Assembly: GCF_022045235.1 (NCBI RefSeq)
Contig: NW_027266264.1
Coordinates: 54,684,001 to 54,748,000, forward strand
Reading direction: 5' to 3'
Length of the DNA: 64,000 nt
From: Haliotis cracherodii
Taxonomy: Eukaryota
Part shown: piece by piece, positions 11,992 through 25,016 of the stretch
Layout: each line of letters begins with the position of its first letter
How positions within the stretch are numbered: position 1 is the stretch's first letter
Translations under genes and position numbers: made by a program
Notes under the pieces: model-generated
Told to the model about the DNA's origin: nothing
The model's database searches: none
Seen by the model: the letters and a program-made list of their open reading frames with translations, nothing else

Positions 11992-14900
11992 AATAGCATC
12001 TGTCACCTTGTAATTCATGATTGCTAGACGATTGTGAACAGGTGTGATTAAGGAAGAGACTTTATGAATGCCACCATCAGTTCTCTTCCTTATGTGTATC
12101 ACTTCGAAATGCCTTTCAAAGACTTACACCAATAAATCGCCGACGAAGAATTATGACAGATTTGATGCATAGTAGTAAATTAAAATCAACGTACTGTTGA
12201 CAAGGCTACAAAATAATATTAAAACAATTCCAGATTGATTTCTCTCTATATGTGATAAACAATATAAGAAACAGGAATCCTACATATACATGAGGTACGT
12301 GTATCGAAACAGTAATGAACTTTACGTTATTCTTGTTTATACCCTTGTATGTTCTGATAAGGTTAGTGAAACTTACCCTGTCATCCTTGCTGGTTAGTAC
12401 GCGTTCTGTGTGTTCCCCACGTTGATGCCAGATAGAATCTGTACCCCTGGTCCTTATCTCACCCAAAATGGTGTTTTTTATGGCACCGCGGAAAAATAAA
12501 CGCGCAGTCACAAGCAAATGTCATGCAAGTGTATATTTGTTAGAGCGTAAAAGGGCAACTTGAGAACCACTGTCCCATTACCAATTATCAAACTGAAATA
12601 TACTGTCTGGTTTTTAAGTAATTGATGGGATTGTTTACAGAAGAGGAGACACAATGGAGTTCAGTATAGTCCTCTTCGTCATTGATATTGATTTTATGAG
12701 AAAGAACCAGGGTTTGAAGAGAAAACTTCCTTTATATAAATTACATGTCTGTGTATATGTAGTAATTAATTTATAATTGTAAGAAAAAAACAAGCGTTCA
12801 AAAATAAGACTTGCTGTTATACGATAAATAAAGATATGCCTGTGTACGGAATTTGATAACACAAAAAGAATTTGACAAAAGAACAATTTTTAAATAAACA
12901 CATGGTTACTTAAATGAATTATGATATAACTTTGCAGAATGGTAGTTCATTTTCCCCTTTTTGTTTTCCTGAAAACTATATGTTTGATAGAGTTTAAAAG
13001 TCATTGTGACCTATCTTACTTTTTAGAACAAATAGGGGCTGCATATATTCCACGAAGAGAAATTACGTTTTGTAAGACATTGTACAGATGCTATTCCTAA
13101 ACAATCTGACAACCCTTTTCGCCATGTTTGATATAGATCACTGCGTGTAAATATGCTAACATCCTGTGAAACGCTATTTAAATGCACAACTTAACATGTT
13201 AAATTGCTTTTTTCATGCAAGGTTTTGCTCAATTCAAGTTTGGAAGATATTTTCTTTTCGTGTAATTCAAACGTTTTGAAGTCCAGTGCGTTTTCCTTTC
13301 ACATATTTTCTAAATCATAGCACGTTTACAGGCGTAAGCAGACCGCTTTTACTGAGAAGCTTGGCGTCGATAGATCTTAGGTAGTTTTAATAGGTATATG
13401 AATTTATATCTATTTTAGTGCCATAAGCGAAATTCAATTATACATCTTCCGTAGCCAAATGGAAGCAAATGGTTTCTGTTTTAACTTCATTTAAGGATGT
13501 CAGTCATGTTACCCAAACCCTTCTGTCATCACAAACAGACGCACATGCTGACGAAACTGTCGGACTAGAGTCTGACGAGCCTGTTACTTAAGATAATTAA
13601 CCTTGATTAATTTGCTTCATATATGGTTTGAGTACATCCGTGTAACGTACCAGGTGGTACGATCAAGGGTTCATAAACACAGTAAAGATTTTTCATCTGA
13701 TTCCGTCTTTGCTGTTTTTTGTTTTAAGTGTGACTGTCTCAACTCTGTAAGCAACGATTTTCCCACGCTGCAGACACTGTATGTCTCTGTATGTAGACGC
13801 CGAGCCGTCTATTCATTTATAGTAGATACACGGAACGATGTAATGCGCCCCAGAGTTATAATTCTGTTGATCACCTCTGACTATACTATTGCAAATGGAA
13901 AATGGAGATTGCGGTGATCGACGTACATATTAAAGCTAAGTCGTGTTCAAAAGTAGAATGGTGTCAATTTTAGTGCAAGCTTTCTTGCTCCAGAAACATG
14001 TTTTGACATTTATCTGAGATATTAAACGGCATCGGCAAGTTTGCAGTATATTTAATCTTGGTACAGCGCTACATGTACATGTAGGGAAATGTTAGGTAAT
14101 TGCAATCTTCCCTATTATCACACGCTTTACTTACGAGTTTGAAGCTATGAAGGTGTTTTACGTTTAGACAGCAGCATTACAAATATTCAGGACGAACTGA
14201 GAAGTGCGTAGGTTGGGCGTCTACACACTACTGACCGATTAGGTTCGCACGGCACGGGGTACGATGAGAGGACAATAAGCGAAGTTACATATGATATTTA
14301 GACTTGAACCAACCGCTGCATCATCCACCTATAAACCATCCAAAAGCATCACCTTCTGTGGCTGAGTGTTAAATATATTTCGACGGCTTTCACGAGATAT
14401 TTGAGAAACTTTGACCCCTTTGTACTGAGAATCATCTGACATGTTAAAACATATAGACAAAACAAAGTTTATAACTTATAACATGAAAAATGAATTCTCG
14501 GAGTAGAAACATGAATTTGCTTTTTTTGCTTTTCAATGGGAGTTGCTCCTCGCATCCGTTTGTTAAATATATAAGCATGATGTTATGTTGAGCTTATTTT
14601 GTAATTACGAGTCGGTGACCCCTTCAGTGAATAAATCTCAACCTTTCATTAAGTATACATTATCGATAATTCGTCGAGGGGTTTTGCTTTTCCTTCATAA
14701 ACATAATAAATGTAGCGTTTCTCTGTTGGTGATCTTTTGTGTTATAGATGAAGAGCACGTTAGATCATTAAACCTACCGCCTGGTGTGGCGGCAAGTGAC
14801 CATCCTCTCTCGCTCCCTTTCCTGCAAGGTTAAGGCAAACGAGTCATATGAGTTAGGTCCCGTTTACTCGAAGTCATCATTTGTATGTCGAGATATCCGT

Positions 14901-15029
14901 TGTTCGAGACATCCGTTGTTCGAGACAAATATAGTATCGGACGGTAAGGTTGCATCTACATCCACTGACATCGACAGAGTCAACATGGTTTCACAGTAAC
15001 ATTTGGTACATTGTTTTCTCTAAGTGACG

Positions 15030-15270
15030 AAACGTCCGATAGGAGAGCGGAAGGTCGGTAGTTTCCCTGACCGCGTAATACCAAAATACGTTAAAAGATT
15101 GTACCCATAGTTAAACTGAGTTGTTATCCATCGATGGTATCTCTAAGGACTAGCACTACAAAACTGGCGGAAGGCCGTTCCAGAGCGCACAGACAAACAT
15201 AAGTGAATGCATGTCGCAAAATAAGTGAAATAATCTTGAACGCCATATAAAATCAAATTTCACCTCACTT
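15030..15270 (+). mobile_element. SINE family D, degenerate copy
   Basis: ccgcgtaataccaaaatacgttaaaag..ggtatctc..tagcactac..aatttcacctcac. Confidence 0.55.
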
Positions 15271-15730
15271 TCTGTAAGTGACGAATTTGTACTTATTGTC
15301 AAACCATTTCAATGTTAAGACTGAGGACATGCATCATATACGTTGTCAAGCTGTTGGTGGTATTGGTTATGACAGGGATTCGAGTAATAAAACAACACGC
15401 AAACCTGTTCAGTCACTCAACGTCAATATCATATACACAAAGATTACTTCAGATTTATATTTCCTGGCTTCAATGTGTCATAAATCCCGTAAACGTTTTT
15501 TATCATTACTCGCAATAAAACCCACTTATCTGATTGGCCAGTCGTAAAAACTCATTCAAGTCGGCCAGTTGTAAAATGCGTAACAAGTCGGTAGAACATC
15601 ATGACGTCATCATGTTTCATATGAAGTCATCATGTTTCACATGACGTCAGATCTGATATCGTCACATCATTTTTCACCTCTGTACTGTGAACACGTAATG
15701 ATGACTTCGTAACATGATTCACTAGGATGT

Positions 15731-15878
15731 GGGGCAGTCAGGTAGCCTAGTGGTAAAAGTGGTAAAGACCCGGGTTCGATTCCCGACATTGGTACAATGT
15801 GTGAAGCCCATTTCCGGTGTCCTCCGCCGTGATATTGCTGGAATTTTGCTAAACGCGGCGGAAAACCATACCCACTCA
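15731..15878 (+). mobile_element. SINE family B copy
   Basis: GGTAGCCTAGTGG, GGTTCGATTCC, same body and tail. Confidence 0.8.
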
Positions 15879-16004
15879 TTAAATTGTCACGTACAGCCAG
15901 CTAGTGACATATGTCACTTCTAATCTGCTGATAAGAAGCAACTTGCGTCCAAATACCAGGGATGGGGTCGCTCGTGACTTGATAACCTACATGTACATGT
16001 ATGC

Positions 16005-16236
16005 CCCCGGGAGATCCAGATTAGAATACAAATGTAGGTCTTCATCAACCTATGCTAGTCGTTAGGGACGACTAGGCTTGTCTTCAGAGGCCACTAACGG
16101 GATCAGGTGGTCAGGATCGCTGACTTGGTTGATGCATTACGTGGATCGATGCTCATAATATGAATCACTGGATCGTGTTGTCCAGACTCGATTATTTACA
16201 ATATTGCTGAGTGCAGCGTTAAACAAACAAACCCAA
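16005..16236 (+). mobile_element. SINE-like family C copy
   Basis: ggtcttcatcaacctatgct..cgact..gggatcaggtggtcagg..gctgagtgcagcgttaaacaaac. Confidence 0.75.
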
Positions 16237-16690
16237 ATGTATGTTAACTTTGATATTTCGGATTTTACAAAACGGTCGACCTTCGCTGTAAATGTGCTGT
16301 GGTTACTCTGGTAGGGGTTGCCAATCTGGGAATAGTCCCGATTGTGATCCTTGGTTTGTGATCCCCCTCATTCCCGTACCACTTTCCTTTTTGAAATTCA
16401 CTAAAATGGTAACACAAGAATACAACTTATGGTCTTCCTCTCTCATTAAGCTACGACACCGTTGCATAGTTCTTACATATATTAAGGATATTTTTTATCT
16501 TCCGTCATACACAAACCTTATCCTCATAATATGTCAAATGTGTAATTAATATATATATGGCCTGATGAAACTCATACGTGGTACGGGTTGAAACTGTGTT
16601 TAATCTTACTACACATATTTAATTTTAACTATAATGTGCCTCAGAATTAGAATTTTACTGTGCTTTTATATATATATATATAAATATATA

Positions 16691-18208
16691 TACCCTTCAA
16701 ATAAAGAAACTTGACATAGATCTAAAACAACTTTTTGCCAAACATCTAAAATAATTACATTAAATGAGAACCAAATAAGTCAAACAGAAAGATGATGTGT
16801 CTATAATTCGCGAAAACGTGCAAAGCATATAAACGTAGCGTTTGGGGATCAATTTTACAGCTTCATCCAAACGCAACCGCCTGTAAAAAACGTGCAGCAC
16901 AGGATCCTGCATTGAGGCATGCAGGCCCCCCTGCTGAATGGGTATAAAAATCCACATCAACGGCTGTTCATACAGTCCTTATAACGGCAGTAGAGGCGGT
17001 GACAGAATGCCAAGACTGAATGCAGCTCAACGGAACAACGCCTTTGGGAGATTACAAGCTGGAGCAACTCAGCAAGAAGTGGTCAGGCACTTTGGCATAT
17101 CCATACAGACAATCTCCGCACTGTGGACCCGATACAACAACACCAACAGAGTTGACGACAGACCAAGGTCAGGAAGACCAAGGGTGACAACCCAAGCACA
17201 AGTTCGATACATCTGGCTGCGACACCTTCGAGACCGCACTACCACAGCCACGTCTACAACCACACAGATCCCTGGGGTACGCAGAATATCAGATCAAACG
17301 GTACGCAACAGATTGAGGGAGGCTGGACCATTTGCACGAAGACCTGTTCGACGTTATGTATTGACCCCACGTCATCTGGCGGACCGTCTGCTTTGGTGCC
17401 AACACTGGGTTAGATGGGCACTTGCAAGGTGGAGAAATGTACTGTTTACTGACAAGTCCCGCTTCCTACTCACACGTGCTGATGGACGCGCACGTGTCCA
17501 CAGACGTCGGGGTGAACGTTACGCCCCCAACTGTGTGCAGCAGGTTGTCCCATTTGGCGGCGGGAGTGTCATGGTATGGGCCGGAATTCATCACGGTGGT
17601 AGGACGCCTGTCGTGCATGTGGCAGGTGCATTGACAGGTGTGCGTTACAGAGACTTGATCCTACAGCCTTACGTTCTTCCTCACGTCAACGTTCATGGCG
17701 GACAGTTCTAGCAGGACAACGCTCGACCACATATTGCACGTGTTTGTCAGGACTTCTTACACCACAACAACATCAAGACATTACCTTGGCCAGCCCGGTC
17801 ACCAGATTTGTCCCCGATTGAGCATCTGTGGGACGAGTTGGATCGACGCGTTCGCAGAAGGAATCCACCGCCCCAAACACTTCCGGCACTTCTTGATGCA
17901 CTTCAGCATGAGTGGCAGCACATCCAACAGCATGTTATTGACAACTTGATTGCATCTATGGGTCGTCGGTGTTAAGCGGTGATTGATGCACGTGGTGGGC
18001 ACAACCGATACTGACATTTTCTGTACCCCTGTGACATTAACTGTATCGTGTACGTGTGTCTGTCTAGGTGACACTTTTAATGTTTTGAACATTGTGTACA
18101 TTGATCTTCAAACAGTGTTTCAATTATGGTTTCTGTGTCCTATTTTGAAACAATCGCGTTATTATTACATTTTGAAAGTCAGTTTCAAGTTTCTTTTTTT
18201 TAAGAGTA
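16691..18208 (+). mobile_element. Full-length Tc1-family DNA transposon (about 1.5 kb)
   Basis: Imperfect TIRs tacccttcaaataaagaaacttga / tcaagtttcttttttttaagagta, flanked by TA; TATA-like motif at about 16943; internal transposase. Confidence 0.92.
17007..18014 (+). pseudogene. Tc1 DD34E transposase pseudogene (335 codons, two in-frame stops)
   Basis: MPRLN...RSGRPRVTT, FTDKSRF, GGGSVMVWAGI, QDNARPH with 34 residues to the E of SPIEHLW, ends GGHNRY*. Stops TAG 17709-17711 and TAA 17973-17975; no frameshifts. Confidence 0.93.
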
Positions 18209-18298
18209 TATATAAATATGGCCTGACGTGGTACGAGTTGATAGAGTGTGAAACTGTGTTTAATCTTACTCCACATATTTGATTTTAACTATGATGTG

Positions 18299-18300
<2 letters not shown>

Positions 18301-18360
<60 letters not shown>
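18301..18360. repeat. (TA)n microsatellite
   Basis: 30 perfect units. Confidence 0.97.
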
Positions 18361-18363
<3 letters not shown>

Positions 18364-20026
18364 CTCAACACTCAACTTTTGATAGGGATATTTAAATATG
18401 TCATTCTATTTAATTATACACTAGACATATTATGAGGATAGGGTTTGTGTATGACGGAAGATATATATAAACCCCTTTAAACACAGCTCACTCACACTAG
18501 TGTGCAGACATTCAAGGTCTGAATTCCAATGAGCCCTCAGTATTTTAAGTTCCTTTGTGAAAATATAGCCTTTACGGTGAATCAGAATGTCCGTATACAG
18601 GTTACAAAACTTCAATCAACTTCATTTAAAAACTGACCTATTCTGCCTCTGAGAGCTGCCAGATTTGTCAACCATCCACTGATTTATAACCATGCAGAGC
18701 ATAACCTGATAATTGCCGATCTTGTACTTGAAATATACGCTGCATTTGCAATACAGTATTAACGGCACGGCAACAACGCGATACTCGTGACAAAATATGA
18801 TGCTAGTGATACATAAAAAATATAGATTTTCAGTTCAGTTCTTTATCCTGTCTTTTCAATATGCTAGGATTTGAAAAGAAAGCCTTAGCGTATTTTTTTA
18901 AAGAAATACTGCACATATGAAGCAGAATTCAGATTATTTGTTCAATATTTTTTTATTTCCAGACTTCATTTTACTTTGCCATAATCTGAAGATCATATTC
19001 CTTTGCACGTAGTTCCAATTTGGCTATCGGACTGGGACCAATCCTGGTGAGAATCCATTAATACGGCTTTGGAATTTATTCTTTACATGTCATGATTAAT
19101 ACATTTAATTGAAAATTGATCTACGACTTATTTCGTTACCTTTCAAAGCAAATGCTGTCACGGTAACGCATGGACAGGAGAACCTTTAAGTTTGGGTCAA
19201 ATCAGCCACAAGTTATTACAATGAGTCCGGCGATCCTATTGGTCCATCACTGAGGAGGGATATTGTGAACGCAACCAATGTTTTCAGCTAGCACTCACTC
19301 TTCGTTACCATGGGTACTATAGGCTACTCTACCCTTCGGAAACACGAACACCACACTTGCGCTATCCTGACATCAGAGTTCCATGCCAAGTCGCTTTAGA
19401 CATTATCATAACAAAGATCTGACATGTTTTTTTTCTTATGCCTCGTGTACTTGAGCTGGTTCTTTTACGGTCCTGCTTATCGTGTTATCACCAGTCCATC
19501 CTGTTGGGGACTTGATAAAGCAGGCAAGTCAGCTTGACCTGCCTGTTTTGTTATTCGACCGATGCTGACTATCTGCGGGGATCTTCCATAACTTTATATC
19601 GCAACTGATAAAGAAGATTTTACTGGTGTTGCCGCTCGCATGTGCATGCACTCTTGAATTAATCAGTCTGATAATTCAGCTCTTGGTAGCTTATTAACAG
19701 TACGATATGAAGGCGCGGACATTAGGTACAGGTTATATTCATCAACCGAATTCACAATCTTAATACCGTGAAACCTTGATAGCCCTGGCTCCGTTTATCC
19801 GGATGTTTCCGGACGATTATTGCTGGGAACGCTTACATATGTGAAAAGAGACATGACACAGTACGTACGATTCATTAGACCACCTCCGTTGTCTTGTGCT
19901 TCAGCGTATGCTCGAAGAGCGGAAGGCCGCATTTCGCGAACACCCGGTATCATCGCTGTTTGTTAGAGATTCATAAACACATGCTCATAATTCAGTGGAA
20001 ATCGTACGATCGGCTCTGCTTTTGGC

Positions 20027-20090
<64 letters not shown>

Positions 20091-20277
20091 CAGTAAACAA
20101 CGGTTATAACGAACACGGTTATAACGAACTGGCGGATGTAACGAACTTCCTTTTTAGTCCCGACTATTTGCTGTAGTTATGCTGTATATATGCTTATAAT
20201 GAACTACGGTTATAACGAACTAAAAATAGTAGTTCCTTTGAGTTCGTTATAACCGTAGTTTACTGTAGTAGTAGTAC

Positions 20278-20324
<47 letters not shown>
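20027..20324. repeat. (GTA)n microsatellite split by the 175-bp MITE
   Basis: GTA tracts on both sides of 20091-20265. Confidence 0.92.
20091..20265. mobile_element. 175-bp pogo/Tigger-like MITE
   Basis: 24-bp TIR CAGTAAACAACGGTTATAACGAAC / GTTCGTTATAACCGTAGTTTACTG, TA on both sides, inserted in a (GTA)n tract. Confidence 0.88.
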
Positions 20325-20454
20325 TTTTAATAATACTAATAGTATTAATTGTAGTAGTATTTGATCGGTGCGTGCTAGGTTACAGTGGATTGTCCAACAC
20401 AGCAACTGGTTCATTAATTATCCGGTCCAGATAAGTCTCAAGTACTTTACTCAT

Positions 20455-20637
20455 TGTCGTAAGAAGCGACTAAAGTGGATCTAGTGGTCATGCTTTTTGC
20501 TTTTGCTTATTGCCTGAAATTGTGCCCCGAATCTTAGCACACACTTCCAGTGACAGGTTTGTCTGGTCCCGACTCGATCATTTACAAACCGCAGTGTATG
20601 CATGTGGCTGGAATATGGCCAGTTCGGCGTTAAACAA
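20455..20637 (+). mobile_element. SINE-like family C, degenerate copy
   Basis: tgtcgtaagaagcgactaa..gtctggtcccgactcgat..ggaatatgg..cggcgttaaac. Confidence 0.6.
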
Positions 20638-20779
20638 TTTCTGCCTCACCCAATATTGATCCGTTAATTTAGCTTGAATTCTAATTGTGTTTGCTCTCTG
20701 GGATTCACCTACATACAAATCTGGTAAATTTCATATGAAGATTAAGGACAGCCAATGGCACAGTCACGTAAGTGTTTTG

Positions 20780-21092
20780 GTTGTACTCCATGCTGTACGA
20801 CTGTGTAGTGTTACTCTATGATGTACGGCTATGTAAGTGTTACTCAATGATATACATGTACGACAGTGTAGTAAGTGTAACGTCATGATGTACGACTGTG
20901 TAAGTGTTACTCCATGCCACTCGACCGTGTAAGAGTTACTCTATGATACGCGACCGTGAAAGAGTTACTCCATGATATACGACAATGTAAGTGTTACTCC
21001 ATGACATGATACCGTGTAATAGTTACTCCATATATACGACTGTGTAAGTGTTACTCCATGATATACGTCAATGTAAGTATTCCTCCATGATT
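20780..21092. repeat. Degenerate 29-bp minisatellite (GTGTTACTCCATGATATACGACTGTGTAA)
   Basis: About 10 diverged tandem units. Confidence 0.85.
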
Positions 21093-22362
21093 TATGTCCA
21101 CACCGACGGTACTAATATACACCTTGAAACACGCTACTCTGTTAAATCTGTTCGTGGAGGTGTTACAGCGAGTGAGAGGCGTATTACAATCCCATTACCA
21201 CATGGCAAGTCTAAGATACTTGACGGTCTACTTGTAGCCGAGAACGTGGTCAAGGGTAAATAACTCCTCCCGTCTTAGCGGTAAATTCTTCGCATTCTTT
21301 CTACGACACACTCAACGCCACAAAACACCCTACACAGGACAATAAATTTTAAGATCAAAATTAATTTAAGTTCCAGCACTATAGTATGTCTACTGACGAG
21401 AAATGAACGTCGAATTCTAGGATTGGTACGTTTATCATTTGCGGTGTAATAATATTGACACAACAATGTTTCTGACCCATATAAATGTGATGTTCAGTTA
21501 CATTTACACAGAACTATATTAACGCTATATGCTGCATAATCAATATCTGAGCAAAACACATTCAATCACTGACAAAACATGGAACTAAATAATACAATAA
21601 TCATGTTCAGCCTGACATGTGAATGTCATTTATAACTTACATTTCATTTATACATAAAGGACCTAATTGGTATTTTCAGGGGCATTTATCTACGTTATAG
21701 ATGACAGGCGATATGATTAATGACAAGTACTTGAAACGTGCTACTCAACATAATGGCACGATTAATACTGCAGTTATGCATATTGCACAATCAGAGAATT
21801 CTGGTGGTGGTTTCATATTCCCGACCATTTGTTTGGTTCGAGATTTATAACTGGACTGTCGGGATCTAATAGGTAGTAAAACAATGAAGAAATGTATTGC
21901 TGCATATAAACATGCATTAAGAACACATCTCTTTCAGTGTTTCCCATAACACACACAAAATGTTCAAGCCCTTTATTGCATTACCAAGAATTTGACAGAA
22001 CAATAATGAGTTTAAATAAGTTGAATTCTATACTGCATTCATAAACAGGGGGCACAGTAGTGTTTATCAGACGTTTATGTGCTGGTGGTAATAGCATATG
22101 GTAATACGGACACACTTTGAAATCCTTATTTGCGTTGTAATAAAGATGTTCCCATGTTTCTATATGACATCGCTGTGGCTGTCAGTGTTCAGATCAATTT
22201 AAAGGTCCATTTAGTGAATATATTACCATGAAGGTAACCAATAAATTGTTTCCTATTTTTTATCTACACTCAGTCGTTAAATTCATTATAATGAAGGTTC
22301 GCCCCGGGGTAATAGTTTCATTCATTTTACTCGTGCTCGTGTGAAAAGTGTAACAATACCAA

Positions 22363-22392
22363 AGAGAGAGAGAGTGAGAGAGAGAGGGGCGG

Positions 22393-22437
<45 letters not shown>
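22363..22437. repeat. (GA)n microsatellite
   Basis: Visible. Confidence 0.95.
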
Positions 22438-22439
<2 letters not shown>

Positions 22440-23384
22440 TGTGTTCCCCCGCAAATAATCCTGATGACCAAATGTCCGGGTTAACTGGGTTCCCAGTAGT
22501 AATCATGTTTAACGGGATCTTTACTAACAGTTCTACAACATATACAACTAAATGTACAGTGATACACTTTATCACGTATCTATTAAAAAATGAACTGTGA
22601 CATGATGTAAGGATTCGCTCGGGAACAAAGAACTGTCGGAATCAAAGACAAGGAATTCCACGCGACCCAGACAAAAAGGTGAACACGGATTATAGAATAC
22701 CAGACATTGGCTATTGACTAACGGAGTCTATGAAATTATCACCAGACATAGAAGACGGACTGAATTTTGTTTCAAGATTAGTTCATGCGGATCTACATGA
22801 ATATTCCAGAATAACGACAGACAAAACCTCAACGTGTGCGTGTGTGTGCATATGCGAGGCCATACACACTGTTGCTCTGAAGACAAACTGGTGACACCTC
22901 TACTAAAACCAGTAAATATTTCTTGATGGAGGTCAAACTGACATGCACATACTTGTTATTCATGCCGGCGAGCTTTTCTGGAAATCAAATGTCTTTAATT
23001 TACATAAATTCCCCTCTAAATGATTTCTTTTCAAAACTATCTGAGATTATTTGTCATATTAAATTGGGCAAAGATCGGGTCACTTTTATGGTATAACTAC
23101 CTTGTTTGAGCAGCCAGTGAAAGAGGTTAATCCGAGAAGCTTATGAATATGGAAAGTGCGCAACACTGCGTTCACCTTATTTTACATAATGATAAATAAA
23201 TACAAATGTCCTCCTGAAAAGGCTCACTCATGTTGAAAGACACATCTTGTGCACCCTGAAGATGGCCTCATCGACATCATCAGCATGATCTAGAATTCCT
23301 CGGAGTGCGGAGGAATAACTTTTTCACTTAAATGAACCCATCATCTTCATGAGAAATAATGTTCCTGTAGGATGTAATGTTATT

Positions 23385-24930
23385 TTACGATGCAAACGGT
23401 GTTACTGCACAATGTAAACAGTGTTACTGTACAATGCAAACAGTGTTACTGAACGATGCAAACGATGTTACTGTACAATGCAAACAGTGTTACTGCACAA
23501 TGTAAACAGTGTTACTGTACGATGCAAACAGTGTTACTGTACAATGCAAACAGTGTTACTGAACAATGTAAACAGTGTTACTGTACGATGTAAACAGTGT
23601 TACGGTACGATGCAAACGGTGTTACTGTGCAATTCAAACAGTGTTACTGTACGATGTAAACAGTGTAAATGCACAATGTAAACAGTGTTACTGTACGATG
23701 CAAACAGTGTTACTGTACGATGTTAACAGTGTTACTGTACGATGCAAACGGTGTTACTGTACGATGCAAACGGCGTTACTGTACGATGCAAACGGTGTTA
23801 CTGCACAATGTAAACAGTGTTACTGTACGATGCAAACAGTGTTACTGTACGATGCAAACGGTATTACTGTACGATGCAAACGGTGTTACTGCACAATTTA
23901 AACAGTGTTACTGTACGATGCAAACAGTGTTACTGTACGATGTAAACGGTGTTACTGTCCGATGCAAACGGTGTTATTGAACAATGCAAACGGTGTTACT
24001 GCATAATTTAAACAGTGTTACTGTACGATGTAAACAGTGTTACTGTACGATGTAAACGGTGTTACTGCACAATTTAAACAGTGTTACTGTACGATGCATA
24101 CATTGTTACTGTACGATGCAAACAGTGTTACTGTACGATGCAAACTGTTACTGTACGATGCAGACAGTGTTACTGTGCGATGCAATCGGTGTTACTGTAC
24201 GATGTAAACAGTGTTACTGTACGATGTAAACAGTGTTACTGTGCGATGCAAACAGTGTTACTGTACGATGCAAACAGTGTTACTGTACGATGCAAACAGT
24301 GTTACTGTACGATGCAAATTGTTACTGTACGATGCAGACAGTGTTACTGTGCGATGCAATCGGTGTTACTGTACGATGTAAACAGTGTTACTGTACGATG
24401 CAAACAGTGTTACTGTACGATGCAAACTGTTACTGTACGATGCAGACAGTGTTACTGTGCGATGCAATCGGTGTTACTGTACGATATAAACAGTGTTACT
24501 GTACGATGCAAACAGTGTTACTGTGCGATGCAAACAGTGTTACTGTACGATGCAAACAGTGTTACTGCACAATTTAAACGGTGTTACTGTTCGATGCAAA
24601 CGGTGTTACTATACAATACAAACAGTGTTACTGCATAATGTAAACAGTGTTACTGTCCGATGCAAACGGTGTTACTGTACGATGCAACGGTGTTACTATT
24701 CGATGTAAACGGTGTTACTGCAAATATTGTTACAGTATGATGCACACATTGCAAACAGTGTAACAGTACAATGCACACATTGCTACGATGCAAAACATGT
24801 ACGATTCAAACAGTGTTACAGAACAATGCACACATCGCTACGATGCAAACATTGTTACAAGCTGATGGAAAGTGTTAATCTCCGTAAATAGTGACACTGT
24901 ACGATGCATACAAACTGTGTTACAGTACGA
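23385..24930. repeat. 22-bp minisatellite (GTGTTACTGTACGATGCAAACA)
   Basis: About 1.5 kb tandem array, degenerate at both ends. Confidence 0.96.
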
Positions 24931-25016
24931 TAAATGTATGTGTTAATGTTAATGCAGATTTAATTTTACCTCTGTAACTTATGTAAAATCGCGTATGGTG
25001 TATATTTGCCATGTTA

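Noticed and set aside
12370-12517. Possible minus-strand first exon ending in a strong GTAAGT donor
   Set aside because: No downstream exon or recognisable protein could be linked to it.
16938-17006. Longer N-terminus for the Tc1 transposase
   Set aside because: It overlaps the TATA-like motif; the Tc1-typical start is MPRL at 17007.
23421-24708. Cys-rich ORFs (VTVRCKQCYCTMQ) resembling metallothionein-like proteins
   Set aside because: Translations of a 22-bp unit (not a multiple of 3) cycling through all frames.
23385-24930. CRISPR-like regular repeat
   Set aside because: Head-to-tail units with no unique spacers, no cas genes, eukaryotic context.
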